From assembly GCA_040398005.1 (NCBI GenBank), contig JBBAUX010000003.1:46050-110049 (forward strand): a stretch of DNA of 64,000 nt, given 5' to 3'. The notes beneath the pieces are model-generated. The model had not been told where the DNA came from and ran no database searches. It worked only from the letters and a program-made list of their open reading frames with translations. The DNA comes from Opitutales bacterium. GTDB lineage: Bacteria; Verrucomicrobiota; Verrucomicrobiia; Opitutales; UBA953. Shown piece by piece: positions 17,485 to 27,741 of the stretch (its first letter is position 1; each line of letters starts with the position of its first letter). A program made the position numbers and the translations under genes.

Positions 17485-20412
17485 CTACTGTGCTGCAGGA
17501 GCTGGAGCAGTAGGAGCGGCCGGAGTATTGTTAACCTCGATAGGCTCGCGGTAAACAGCACCACCTGGGGAAAGGATGACTGGATTGGAGAAGGTCGAAC
17601 CTGCACGCATTCCTGGGTAGTTACTACGAAGGGTCGCACCACCTGGGGAAACGAGGTTAGCAGTAACGAACACAGTGAGGTTACGTTTAACGGTAGACTT
17701 ACTGTTGGATCGGAAAGCGTTACCAAGGAGAGGAATGTCGCCCAAGACTGGAACCTTGTCGTTCACGGTCTTAACTTCTTCGCGGGTTAATCCACCGATG
17801 ACTACCGTAGCACCGTCGAATACTGTAACGTCGGTTGTTACTTCGCGGGTGGTGAAGATAGGTTGGAAGAAACCAGAAGGCACTGAGACAGTTATCCCAC
17901 CAGAGATAGCAATCGAGGTTCCGCCGTATTCAACGAAGCCTTCGAACTCAACGACCTTAGGTTTAAGATTGAGGGCGATTGAGTCATCGGCACCGACGGT
18001 TGGAGTGACTTCTAAAGTCACACCCACGTCTTGTACGGTAAAGTCTTGAGGAGTACCAGCGGTGATCGCAACAGCGTCGCCACCCGTTGTGGTGGCCGCA
18101 GAAACCTGGGCTTGGACGTCGCCGTACGACTGAGGATAGCGAAGTAATTGAGCAATTTTAACAATCGCCGTTTTACCATCTAACACCGTGAGACTTGGAG
18201 CGGACATTAAGTCTGCACCAGAGTTTTGCTCGATAGCTTTTAGGAAGATCGAGAGGTCATAAGAACCAATGGTTCCAATTTGGCTAGCAATACCACTGTC
18301 ACCACCAAAATTAGCTAATTTACCTCCGTAATTAGCAGTAGGGAATGCTGGAGGTAAGTTTTTTATAGGTGTAATTAAAGGAGGTGTGCCACTGAGAATC
18401 TGTCCATCAATCGATGTTGAATTGCTTCCGAACACATCATTAATTGAACGGAGATTAGTTTGGGCACGAACACCGTTGGCATTTGATAGGCGCAGATTGC
18501 TGCTCAACTCATTAAGTGAAGATTCGGAAACTTCGATGAACTTAGCTTCGATGTGAACCTGTTTGATATCAGAGTAACGACGAAGAATATTACGGATGCG
18601 TTCAAGATTCTTACGATTCTGCGTAACAATGAGTGTCGTACCATCATAATTAAGCACCGCACCCTGAACTTCGAACGATACGCCCGAGCGAGTTAAGAAG
18701 TTTTTGATACCTTCATTGCGAGGGTTAACATCACCAGAGCCTGCGCCCGTGGTAGAGCTTGCGCCGAATGGATTAGCGGCTCCACCGGTGGTCGAAGCAG
18801 ACACTCCAGTATTAAGACCAGTCATCTTAGTTTCAGCAGCGGAACTGAGTGGGAAGAATTCAGTTTCTAAATCGTTCGAACCAGAATCAGGACGAATTTC
18901 TAAAATGCCTTGATTGATGGTGTAAGTGAAGTTGACCTGCTTAGTAATTAAATCGATCGCCTTCTCTAAAGAGACATTACGCAGGGTCATATTCACCGAA
19001 GGATTCTTACGGTCTGGATCAATCACCACCATGTTCACACCTTTATTTTCCTTATCGTAGGATTGGGAAATGTTGATGAGTTGGGTAATCGCGCGATCAA
19101 ATGGCATGTCGCGGATATTGATTTCTGGAACAGTGATTGAGCGGAGCTTATCAATGGTCGGATCCGTATCGGTCTTGCCCGTGGTGCCTGTTACTTCACG
19201 GTTGTAGACTTCAGGAAGTTTCCAACTCTCGTCGAGTAACTCGAACATCTTACCTTTGGTAACGCCACGATTCCATGCACCAGAATTTTCGGAGACGAAT
19301 TGACGAATACGAACTTGGAAAGCTTTAGCTTCCGAGTTGTTTGGCTGGTACTGAAGAACTTCCCGATAAACGTCGAGCGCACCGGTGTAATCTCCGTAGA
19401 GATAACGCGCGCGACCCTTAACTAAGAGTTCTTCGATTTTTTGATCTTTAGCGCGGAGACCAGGTGAAAGGTCTTCAATATTGCGGTAGGTGGGATCGGA
19501 CTTCTTGTCGTTAAATTCTGCACGTAGTGCGACTGCCGTAGCTTCATCCACTTTTAAGTTTTCGAAATCTTTGATGTAACCATCGGCCTTGGTCATCTCG
19601 CGGGCCTCAATGGCGGCGAGGGCACGACGAGAATAAATAGCGGCTACGTCATTTTTGATGCGGGCAGCGAGTTTCGCGGTAGCGATGTTATTAGGCAGAC
19701 CCTGTTTGGCCTTATCTAATTTTTCTTTCGCGGCGTCATAATCTTCATCACGGATTAAGTTTTCGGCCTCAACAACGAGCGCCGTCGAAGCGCTGATCTT
19801 AACATCATTTAATTTGGCAATGCGGTCAATTTCAGCACGCGCAATAGCATCGGTTCCTTGGTCACCCGCTTCGCGACGACCTAAGATGTCTTGGCGAGTA
19901 AGCGCGATTTCGTCGCGTAATGTCTGTGCGGTTGGATTGCTAGGAAGGGCACCATTAGCACCATCGAGGATTCTGAGTGCTTCTTTGTAATTTGCTTGGT
20001 CGGCTGATTCCTTAGCCTTAGCGATGGCAGTCTCAACTTCGCGATAGAGATTTTGGTGAGATGATTCAACAGTGGTGATGAGATCGGTGGGTTTAGCTGG
20101 CTCGCTGGATTTGACCACAACAGGTTCTGCGACAACGGGAGTGCCCGACTTAGTTGCTTCAGCGGCGGAGATAGCCGCGTTAACCGAAGCTAAGCCCTCT
20201 TTGGCACCTTCGTCCGCTTGATCTAATTTTTGGAGCGCTTCATAGCGGGCGCGTGCGGTTTTTAAGTCGCCTTCTTCGCGGGCCTTGAGTGCCTCGGAAA
20301 GAATTTGGGTCTTTTGCTTAATCGGATCGCTGTCCTGAGCGATCAGCGAGCCAACCGCAATGACTGCGGCGAGACAGGCCCAAGCAAATGTGTTACGTGT
20401 GATAGTTTTCAT
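17485..20412 (-). CDS. Secretin (GspD/PilQ-type, Amuc_1098-like) with N-terminal TPR-like region
   Basis: Signal peptide; QVHIEAKFIEV, SAPSLTVLDG, DVGVTLEVTP.V, DG.TVVIGGL, KVPVLGDIPLLG.AF. Confidence 0.93.
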   Translation of the reverse strand: MKTITRNTFAWACLAAVIAVGSLIAQDSDPIKQKTQILSEALKAREEGDLKTARARYEALQKLDQADEGAKEGLASVNAAISAAEATKSGTPVVAEPVVVKSSEPAKPTDLITTVESSHQNLYREVETAIAKAKESADQANYKEALRILDGANGALPSNPTAQTLRDEIALTRQDILGRREAGDQGTDAIARAEIDRIAKLNDVKISASTALVVEAENLIRDEDYDAAKEKLDKAKQGLPNNIATAKLAARIKNDVAAIYSRRALAAIEAREMTKADGYIKDFENLKVDEATAVALRAEFNDKKSDPTYRNIEDLSPGLRAKDQKIEELLVKGRARYLYGDYTGALDVYREVLQYQPNNSEAKAFQVRIRQFVSENSGAWNRGVTKGKMFELLDESWKLPEVYNREVTGTTGKTDTDPTIDKLRSITVPEINIRDMPFDRAITQLINISQSYDKENKGVNMVVIDPDRKNPSVNMTLRNVSLEKAIDLITKQVNFTYTINQGILEIRPDSGSNDLETEFFPLSSAAETKMTGLNTGVSASTTGGAANPFGASSTTGAGSGDVNPRNEGIKNFLTRSGVSFEVQGAVLNYDGTTLIVTQNRKNLERIRNILRRYSDIKQVHIEAKFIEVSESSLNELSSNLRLSNANGVRAQTNLRSINDVFGSNSTSIDGQILSGTPPLITPIKNLPPAFPTANYGGKLANFGGDSGIASQIGTIGSYDLSIFLKAIEQNSGADLMSAPSLTVLDGKTAIVKIAQLLRYPQSYGDVQAQVSAATTTGGDAVAITAGTPQDFTVQDVGVTLEVTPTVGADDSIALNLKPKVVEFEGFVEYGGTSIAISGGITVSVPSGFFQPIFTTREVTTDVTVFDGATVVIGGLTREEVKTVNDKVPVLGDIPLLGNAFRSNSKSTVKRNLTVFVTANLVSPGGATLRSNYPGMRAGSTFSNPVILSPGGAVYREPIEVNNTPAAPTAPAPAAQ

Positions 20413-20430
20413 CGGAGCTTAAAGGGTATT

Positions 20431-21357
20431 TTATTTAGTAAGTTTGGTTTTGTCTTTTTCTTTGGAAGTGGGGGTCGCAGATTTGGGGTCTACGGGAGCA
20501 GGTAGGGATAAAACCTGTTGGTCGGATCTTTGGCCCTTTTTGGGGTCGAGAACGTACTTCTTCTCAACGGTCACGGTCTTGTTTACTAAGTCAATGTCTT
20601 TGATAATGTAATGGGCTTTTTCGTGCTTAAAATCATCGCCTTTCTTATGGAAAGTCCATGATTTGGCTGGGTCATCGGTTGCGGCAATAACCACGTTGAT
20701 TGTATCCTTAAACTCGAGCGGTTTTTCATCGTTAATGGTAACCTTGCGACCCAATAATCTATCATCTAATACCAAAATCTTTTGTTGAAAGCCATCCGGC
20801 TGTTTAACGACCTTATACTCGAGGGGATAGACCGGAGTCTTATCGTTCAGAGGACGCTTTAAGCGACACTTCTCAAACCATTCCTTGGTTTGGGTATTCT
20901 CAATGGAAAACTCCCTGTCCTCTTCCTTGCCAGACTTTCCAGCAACGGTGGAGCGCAAGACGTAGGGGTAAGTGGGGTGACCAACGCTGACCAGCGAAAC
21001 TCCAAAGGGTGGCAGAGGTATCACCTTCTTGTTCGCTGGAACGTACTCGGCTTGGGAAGGATCCCAGGCGATATCAATAGTGGTGAAGAGATCATAATCC
21101 CACCCGTCGTCATTTTCTTCGGGAGCCAGCCAATTATCTTTAATCTCTGAATTGAAAACTAATTTAGGGGTCGTGGGGTATTCAACACCGGCGGCAGATT
21201 GTTTTAATTCGGGAATCGCTTTTTCACGATCCTCATCCGCTGGAACCAACGGCTTTACGCCAGCCAGACCTTCACTCAAAGCCAACCAGCCTAGGCCTGC
21301 CAAAATAAATACGACCAGTGCGATTAAAACAGCTAACACGTCTTTTTTGAAATTCAT
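20431..21357 (-). CDS. Pilus-system membrane protein (Amuc_1099 position)
   Basis: Single N-terminal TM; lies between the Amuc_1100-like gene and the secretin; call rests mostly on synteny. Confidence 0.55.
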   Translation of the reverse strand: MNFKKDVLAVLIALVVFILAGLGWLALSEGLAGVKPLVPADEDREKAIPELKQSAAGVEYPTTPKLVFNSEIKDNWLAPEENDDGWDYDLFTTIDIAWDPSQAEYVPANKKVIPLPPFGVSLVSVGHPTYPYVLRSTVAGKSGKEEDREFSIENTQTKEWFEKCRLKRPLNDKTPVYPLEYKVVKQPDGFQQKILVLDDRLLGRKVTINDEKPLEFKDTINVVIAATDDPAKSWTFHKKGDDFKHEKAHYIIKDIDLVNKTVTVEKKYVLDPKKGQRSDQQVLSLPAPVDPKSATPTSKEKDKTKLTK

Positions 21358-21372
21358 AGTTGAGTGGGAGTT

Positions 21373-22464
21373 TTATTTTTTAGGCTCAGCGTCGGCAGCG
21401 GGCTTATCTTCAGGAGCCGAAAGATAATCGATTTGTAGAGTCATTTCGGAAAAGTTTTGGTGAACAACCACTTTACGTTCTTCCTTGGCTGGAGCTATTG
21501 GAGTCGCGGAGGAACCTAAAACAGGAGAGGCGGTAAAGTCTAAAGGCTCGGCGGCAACCAAGTTAGCAACACCCATATTGGCAATCGCATTGGTTCCTAA
21601 AACCTTCAGCGACTCGGGCTGAGGATTATTAATTTCAATCGAAGTGATGACAATCGGACGTCCACTAGTTCTAATTTTGTTAATGAACGTGCGCAGCGTG
21701 GGAGTCGTTGCGATGAAACGAACTCGGAAAGAAAGTCCATCAACCAAGGGAGGATTACGGAGCGTACGGGTAGGTGTAAATTCGTCATTTTCACCGCGCG
21801 CGCCTTCCACGGGTCCAAAAGTACCCGCGTTGGGTTTTCCGGCAGCGATGACTTCATAAGTTTCAATCGGTTCGCGATCGATAGACTGTAATAAAATCGG
21901 ACTGCGATTAGGCGTGTTAGGACGAGAGTCGACGAGAGTCTTATACAAAAAATCGATAATTTGTAATTGTTGGTCAACCTTGGCTAAGGTCGCACCTTTA
22001 GGAGACGTACCCGGGTTGCGAATGTATCGGCGAAAACCGAATTCGCATTTTTCATTAGCGAGCATACGAATATCTTTATCCGCAGCTAACTTGGTCCACT
22101 CGTCCACATTCTGTTTGATCGATGAAGCCAAATCGGAACTCGCTAAGTTTTCCTTCCCGACAAAACGGTTGGTCGACACTGCGGAAATAGCCAAGCGAAG
22201 ATCGTCGCGCTGCTTTACCAGTGCATCGTAGTCTTGCTTCGAGGCACTGACATTTGTTGTCGTCAGAGAAACAGGAGGCACGCCAGAAATAATTTCCTGG
22301 CCCTTCAATAGCGTACGATAACTGCTTAATTGATTTTTGAGTTTCTTCTCTTCTTCCACCCGACTGTTATTGCTCAAAAAACAAAGCACTACGCCGGCCA
22401 CAAAACCAAGGGCGAGCAGGATGATAAGGATATAAAAGCCTTTATTCTTTTTAAAATTTTCCAT
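21373..22464 (-). CDS. Amuc_1100-like / PilO-like protein
   Basis: N-terminal TM, coiled coil, FGFRRY...P, C-terminal F.VRF....LRTFIN.I......IVI.SIEI.N; position in cluster. Confidence 0.65.
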   Translation of the reverse strand: MENFKKNKGFYILIILLALGFVAGVVLCFLSNNSRVEEEKKLKNQLSSYRTLLKGQEIISGVPPVSLTTTNVSASKQDYDALVKQRDDLRLAISAVSTNRFVGKENLASSDLASSIKQNVDEWTKLAADKDIRMLANEKCEFGFRRYIRNPGTSPKGATLAKVDQQLQIIDFLYKTLVDSRPNTPNRSPILLQSIDREPIETYEVIAAGKPNAGTFGPVEGARGENDEFTPTRTLRNPPLVDGLSFRVRFIATTPTLRTFINKIRTSGRPIVITSIEINNPQPESLKVLGTNAIANMGVANLVAAEPLDFTASPVLGSSATPIAPAKEERKVVVHQNFSEMTLQIDYLSAPEDKPAADAEPKK

Positions 22465-22469
22465 GGAAA

Positions 22470-24164
22470 TTAAAGAGTTTTTTCGGATTTAATTACCAGC
22501 GTGAGAGTGGTACGTGGAACATTAGCCTCCTTAGTGAAATCTACTTTAATTTCATCTTCAGGAATTTCGGCAACGAAGGGGGATTTCTTAAGGTTTTCTA
22601 ATAAGGTAGCTTTACGCTCTTTAAATTCTTGGGCCTTGAAAGATTTTCCAGGGGGAACTTTTTCCAACAAGGTGCGGGTCGTGATCGTGATTTTGGTAAC
22701 GTTAGTCGCGACCCTCGAAGCATCTGGATCTGTACTAGTCGTGGCGATGACGGCGGGCTCTCGACGAACCCGTAATTCCTCAATCCAAGTATTCTTAGCG
22801 GTGAGTACTCTTGACTGTAAATCAGCGAGGAAAATTGGCCAGTTTGGTGAACTGGAAACCACAAACTCCAATTGTTCATTAACCGCTAAGACCACTAGAG
22901 AATCTTCTCGGGTTTGTTTAATCGTCTTCTGGTAATTAATCAGTTCATCCGATTTTTTCTTAAGTGTCTTGGTTTGTTCTTTATTATAATCAACCCCAGC
23001 ATTGAGCGTGAACAAGATAGGTACCGGGGCGAGTGCGAGGAGCAGAGCAGCGACCACGAATTTAATTTTTTGTGATTCGAAACTAATTTGTCTGGCGATA
23101 TCGCGAGGAATTAAATTAACGCCGAGTGCCGCCGGTGAAAGTAATCGTGAGGCCTCTCCCACTACTTCCGAAAGCTGGTGAATATGCTGCATGACATATT
23201 CGGCATTAATATCCGAGCTCAGTGAAATAACACCGAGCGGATTAAATTCTTCGACGGGTAAAGCGAGTGCTTCGCTCAACTGTTGGCTTAATCCAGGAAC
23301 TTGGCTACTGCGACCCGTGATGACAATTTTGGTCGGACGACGACCCGAGCGCTTGATACTGATGAGGCGGCGATTAATATCCTGACTCAGTCGACGGTTA
23401 AAGCTTTGCTTGTTGGCCTCTAAAATAGCGAACTGGGGATCAGACTCGGGTAATTGAATGACGTGAGTGAAGAAACCTACCTTGAGCGACTCCGCGTTAA
23501 TCACTGGCTGGCCGGTGTTATCCGAAATACCTTGAGTGAGTAAATTGCCACCAAGATTAGCGGCCTGAATGCTCGTTCCCTTCGAACTAATAAAGCTTAA
23601 TCCTGTGGTGCGAGCACCTACGTTGATAAATAAAATTTCTTCATCATCAGCAATACCACCACTGACAAATTGTTGAGCCTGCACATCTAAAATCGGAGCG
23701 GCTTGGATGACTTGCGGACGAATACCAGTCAGCGCAATCGCGTTAGCAATCCGTCCAGCTTGATCCGTACGCAGAGCAAAAAGTAAAACTTCTGCCTCCA
23801 CCCCGTCGGTCGACATAATCTGACTATCCCAAACCACTTCGTTGAGCGGATAAGGAATATTATTTTGCGCCTCAAAGGCGATGACCTGGGCCTGGCGGGC
23901 ACTATCTACTTGGGCGACTTTTAAAGATTTTTGTAAGAGTAAAAAACTGGGAACGATAACGGTAGCAGTGCCCTTGATATTTTTATTGGAAGCTAAACGA
24001 GCGACGGCACTGGTCGCCGCATTAATCCATTCTTCATCACCTAGAGCCGGAGTTAAGTCCTCGGTGTAAAATTGTTCTAAAATTAACTTAGCGCCATCCG
24101 CACGAAAGGCCGAAATGGAAACGTGCGAAGCAGCGAGGTTAACGATTAAATTTTTCTTACTCAT
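22470..24164 (-). CDS. PilM-like actin-fold protein fused to a PilN-like TM/periplasmic part (Amuc_1101-like)
   Basis: FEAQNNIPYPL.EVVWD, INVGARTT, LGGN.LT..I, ITG.SS...GL, VNLIP followed by TM and coiled coil. Confidence 0.85.
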   Translation of the reverse strand: MSKKNLIVNLAASHVSISAFRADGAKLILEQFYTEDLTPALGDEEWINAATSAVARLASNKNIKGTATVIVPSFLLLQKSLKVAQVDSARQAQVIAFEAQNNIPYPLNEVVWDSQIMSTDGVEAEVLLFALRTDQAGRIANAIALTGIRPQVIQAAPILDVQAQQFVSGGIADDEEILFINVGARTTGLSFISSKGTSIQAANLGGNLLTQGISDNTGQPVINAESLKVGFFTHVIQLPESDPQFAILEANKQSFNRRLSQDINRRLISIKRSGRRPTKIVITGRSSQVPGLSQQLSEALALPVEEFNPLGVISLSSDINAEYVMQHIHQLSEVVGEASRLLSPAALGVNLIPRDIARQISFESQKIKFVVAALLLALAPVPILFTLNAGVDYNKEQTKTLKKKSDELINYQKTIKQTREDSLVVLAVNEQLEFVVSSSPNWPIFLADLQSRVLTAKNTWIEELRVRREPAVIATTSTDPDASRVATNVTKITITTRTLLEKVPPGKSFKAQEFKERKATLLENLKKSPFVAEIPEDEIKVDFTKEANVPRTTLTLVIKSEKTL

Positions 24165-24179
24165 TCTTCAAAAAGTAGA

Positions 24180-24890
24180 TTATTTAGCAGATAAATCTTC
24201 CCGAATGAATTCCGGGCTAGGAGGAACCACGTTGGGAACTTCAGGGTAGTTGACGAGGAATTGTGGACGCAGGATACCAGGATTATTTCCAGCACAACGG
24301 TCAGCGACGTCTTTAGCTCCATCGAAGTTTTTCTTTTGAGATAAGTCGCGAGAAATGGCGCGAGATTGCTCGGCAATTACACTGCCCTTCGCATCAAAAA
24401 GAGGTTCTTCATTTCCCGAAACTTCGGGCTGAACATAATAATAGTCGGGCTCTTTACGAAGATTGTCGCGCTTGACCACGTCCCCTGGCAAATAAAACGA
24501 AACAGTGCGCGGTTGGTTTACTTCGAGGGTTAAGATAGTGACCGCCGAGCGATAATAATTCCAATCTTCGGGCTTCGGCGATTTTGTTTTATAAACCTGC
24601 GTGACCGTAAGTTTAATTTTATCGACCCAGGTTTTATTGAGTGCTTTGGGATCAGGATTATAATTGGCCGCAACCTCTACCTGCATGCGGTTCCAGGGGT
24701 TAATTTGTCCGCCTAATCTGTGCTGAAAAAACTTAACATCTTTGACCACAATTACCGATTTCAAAGTGGCAGACTGGGCCTTTTCGGACGCAGCATTACC
24801 CCCCTGTGTGGCGGTCGCTTGGGCGAACAGTCCTACAGGGAAAAAAACCAACACCAGGAGTACGGTGTGTACGGCTTTATTAAGGGGCAT
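24180..24890 (-). CDS. Secreted pilus-system protein (Amuc_1102 position)
   Basis: Signal peptide from ATG 24890; beta-rich body with VSFYLP..VV.R; first gene of cluster. Confidence 0.55.
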   Translation of the reverse strand: MPLNKAVHTVLLVLVFFPVGLFAQATATQGGNAASEKAQSATLKSVIVVKDVKFFQHRLGGQINPWNRMQVEVAANYNPDPKALNKTWVDKIKLTVTQVYKTKSPKPEDWNYYRSAVTILTLEVNQPRTVSFYLPGDVVKRDNLRKEPDYYYVQPEVSGNEEPLFDAKGSVIAEQSRAISRDLSQKKNFDGAKDVADRCAGNNPGILRPQFLVNYPEVPNVVPPSPEFIREDLSAK

Positions 24891-24956
24891 AAGCAATCTA
24901 TCGGTAGGATACGCTGCCCTATTGGCAAATGTAAAAAGGCGGGAATTGAAATTTAG

Positions 24957-24973
24957 ATGCAAATAACTTGCAT
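24957..24973. promoter_or_regulatory. Putative Zur/Fur-family operator ATGCAA-N5-TTGCAT
   Basis: Inverted repeat 30 nt upstream of the metal ABC operon; right arm doubles as a TTGCAT -35-like hexamer. Confidence 0.65.
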
Positions 24974-25003
24974 TAAGGCGGGGCGAGATTTAGACCTAAT
25001 AAC

Positions 25004-25840
25004 ATGCTTCGATTGATCGTTCTTGGCGGCCTCTATTTGGGCATGATTATTGATGCCCAAGCGCAAATAACATCCAGCTTCACGATTATCGATTATTGGG
25101 TCGGAAAACTAGTGACTGGGACGGCCACTATTCATCAATCCATCATCCCTAGCGGCGGAGAACTGCATGGCTATCAATTAAGCCCATCGGATAGTCTAAA
25201 ACTCTCTAAATCACAGGTAATCGTTGGCTTAAACCCTCATTCCGAACCTTGGCTAAACGATTGGATTAAGGCAAATAACCGCTCGGCTTCAGTCATTTGG
25301 ATCAATGAAAAGTTTGATCAGGTATCCCACCCTTGGATGAGTCCGGCCGTCTCAAAAGCCATGGTAAAAACACTCCATGACGGATTAATGATTCGAAAAT
25401 TAAGTTCAGAAGTTAATCTAAATCAATTACTTAGAGAAATAAATGATGCCGAGCTATCAGTCCGCCGGGTATTTGCCACCGTTCCGGAAAATCGCCGAAT
25501 CATCATCACCCAGCACCCTAATCTATCGGCTTTTGCTGAGGCATTTAATCTCGAAGTGGCAGGCAGCATCCTCGAAAGCCCCGAAGCGGAATCCGCTGAT
25601 CCGTCGGCGCAAAAATACTCTCAACTATTAAAACTCATCAAAGCCCGAAATATCCGGGTGATTACCTGCGACACCGGCCAAAATAATCGCGTAGCACAAC
25701 AACTCACCAAAGATGCAGAAATCAGTCCACCCCTCCCCCTTACCGTGGAGTACCTTGAAAAGAGTGGGACACCGGGCGATACTTGGCCAAGCATGATGCT
25801 CATCAATGCTGAGAAAATTTCGGAAGCTCTTAAAAAATAA
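25004..25840 (+). CDS. Zn/Mn ABC transporter substrate-binding protein (ZnuA/TroA family)
   Basis: ELHGYQLSPSD, HPWMSP, IITQH..L..FA..F.L, ADPSA; signal peptide. Confidence 0.85.
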   Translation: MLRLIVLGGLYLGMIIDAQAQITSSFTIIDYWVGKLVTGTATIHQSIIPSGGELHGYQLSPSDSLKLSKSQVIVGLNPHSEPWLNDWIKANNRSASVIWINEKFDQVSHPWMSPAVSKAMVKTLHDGLMIRKLSSEVNLNQLLREINDAELSVRRVFATVPENRRIIITQHPNLSAFAEAFNLEVAGSILESPEAESADPSAQKYSQLLKLIKARNIRVITCDTGQNNRVAQQLTKDAEISPPLPLTVEYLEKSGTPGDTWPSMMLINAEKISEALKK

Positions 25841-26625
25841 TGTCTCCTCCCCCATCCCATTTAAGAAAACTATTTTCGGGAGCGTTCAATAATTTGTTTC
25901 CCGCCGTGCCGTATGCGGCGACCGAAACCAGTGAGTCCGGAGATTGGGCAGTGGAAGTTAAAAATCTCGCCGTGCAGATTAAATCTCAGAACTCGCCAGT
26001 TTTTTCCGACGTGAGTTTTGAAATCCCCGTCCACTGTCGCACCGCACTGATTGGTCCCAACGGTTCCGGAAAATCAACTCTACTTAAGACGCTAGCTGGA
26101 CTGATTCCCCAATACACCGGAGAGATTAAATTATTTGGCAGCCAGCCACGCCTCGGACGCAGTCGAATTGCCTACCTAGCGCAGAGTCCGCAATTAAATC
26201 CCGATTTTCCACTGCAACTTAAAAGGCTCGTGCAAATGGGCACCTACGCGCACCACGGATGGTTTGAAGAGTGCCATCATGCCGACGAAAAAGTAGCTTC
26301 GGCCCTTAAACTTTTAGAGCTGGAAGATTTAGTGGATCGCTCGGTGCACAATCTTTCAGGCGGACAATTACAACGCGGCCTGTTAGCACGAGCCGCCGTG
26401 CAGGGTGCGGAGATTCTCCTCTTGGATGAACCCTATGCTGCGCTCGATACGAAAAGCAGAGAGATTGTGGAAAATTTTCTTTTTCACAAAGATAATTCCT
26501 TCACCGTGATTATGGCGACGCATGAAACGGCGGACTCGCAAAAATTCGATCGAGTCTTGGAGATTCGCGACGGGTGTTTAAAAACCACTCACGCCTGTGC
26601 GGGGCATAAAAATCATCATGCTTAA
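25840..26625 (+). CDS. Metal ABC transporter ATPase (ZnuC-like)
   Basis: GPNGSGKST, LSGGQ.QR, LLLDEP, ATH; His/Cys-rich tail HACAGHKNHH. Confidence 0.92.
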   Translation: MSPPPSHLRKLFSGAFNNLFPAVPYAATETSESGDWAVEVKNLAVQIKSQNSPVFSDVSFEIPVHCRTALIGPNGSGKSTLLKTLAGLIPQYTGEIKLFGSQPRLGRSRIAYLAQSPQLNPDFPLQLKRLVQMGTYAHHGWFEECHHADEKVASALKLLELEDLVDRSVHNLSGGQLQRGLLARAAVQGAEILLLDEPYAALDTKSREIVENFLFHKDNSFTVIMATHETADSQKFDRVLEIRDGCLKTTHACAGHKNHHA

Positions 26626-27424
26626 CACCCTCCTCTCCGCCTTTCAGGAAGATTTTTTTCTCCGTGCCCTGCTCGCTTTATTTTTAAGCGGAATCTCCGC
26701 CGCCTGCCTAGGTTCTTATATTGTTTTAAGACGAATGTCGTTCATCAGCACCGCCATGACTCATTCGGTTTTACCAGGCGTCGTGGGGGCGGTTCTGCTT
26801 GGATTTTCTGCTTATTGGGGTGCGCTCATTGCCGCATTACTCACCGCCGCGGGGATCGCCTGGATTTCATCGCGCAAGGGAAGTAGCGAGGATAGTGCGA
26901 TTGGCGTCATGCTGTCGGTGATGTTTGCCCTCGGCATTGCTTTTATGGGCCTGTCCCATTCGTGGCGTGATTTTACCGGACTGCTTTTTGGAAGCATTGT
27001 TTCTGTCAGCGCAGAAGACATTGGGGTGATTTTGGGCACCACGTTGATTGTCCTTTTTTGCCTAAGACTCGTGCATAAGGAATTGGAGCTGGCCTCTTTT
27101 AACGAAGAATATGCTCACCTCTTGGGTGCCAGACCTGGATTACTTAGAGCCGTGCTGCTCATCTTGATTGCCTTAGCGGCCGTGGCTAGCGTGCGCTTAG
27201 TGGGAGCACTCCTGACGACGGCTCTTTTTATTATTCCTTCAACGACCGGTGTTTTAATCGGAAAAAATCTCAAAGAAGTGATGTTCTGGAGCGTGCTCTG
27301 TGCCTGCGGTGGAGGCACCCTTGGTCTCCTCATTTCCTACTCCTTCCAAGGAATTCCTGCGGGTGCGGCCATTGTACTCGGCTGCGCAATTCCCTATTTC
27401 GTCGTCCGAATTAAAAAGGCTTAA
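26618..27424 (+). CDS. Metal ABC transporter permease (ZnuB/MntB-like)
   Basis: VLRRMSF...AM.HSVLPG, EDSAIG, LFGSI, VGALL..AL.IIP. Confidence 0.93.
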   Translation: MLNTLLSAFQEDFFLRALLALFLSGISAACLGSYIVLRRMSFISTAMTHSVLPGVVGAVLLGFSAYWGALIAALLTAAGIAWISSRKGSSEDSAIGVMLSVMFALGIAFMGLSHSWRDFTGLLFGSIVSVSAEDIGVILGTTLIVLFCLRLVHKELELASFNEEYAHLLGARPGLLRAVLLILIALAAVASVRLVGALLTTALFIIPSTTGVLIGKNLKEVMFWSVLCACGGGTLGLLISYSFQGIPAGAAIVLGCAIPYFVVRIKKA

Positions 27425-27741
27425 AGACGGGGCGAAGAAGAATCTTCTGAACCCGCTGGCGAACCACTCTCACCGCGGAATTCGTCCCGGGAAGAACGGT
27501 CTCTTGGATAGTCAGAACCGCGTTCACCCCTATGAGATGAACGCGAAGAGGAGGAATGTCTGGAACGACGAGAAGAACGACCCGATGAATGACGAGAAAA
27601 ACCGCGACTTTGGCGTGATCCACTGCGGCGTAAATGGCGGCTGCGACGTTCACGTTTTGAGAGCATCCAACTTCTAAAACCAAATACGACGGCCATGGTG
27701 ACGGCAGCGAAGGCTAACATATAAGGGAGAACGCTTTCCAT
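27421..27741 (-). CDS. Small membrane-anchored Arg/Ser/His-rich protein
   Basis: ATG start, 22-aa hydrophobic N-terminus, repeated SRHSS; fills the gap between convergent genes. Confidence 0.5.
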   Translation of the reverse strand: MESVLPYMLAFAAVTMAVVFGFRSWMLSKRERRSRHLRRSGSRQSRGFSRHSSGRSSRRSRHSSSSRSSHRGERGSDYPRDRSSRDEFRGESGSPAGSEDSSSPRL

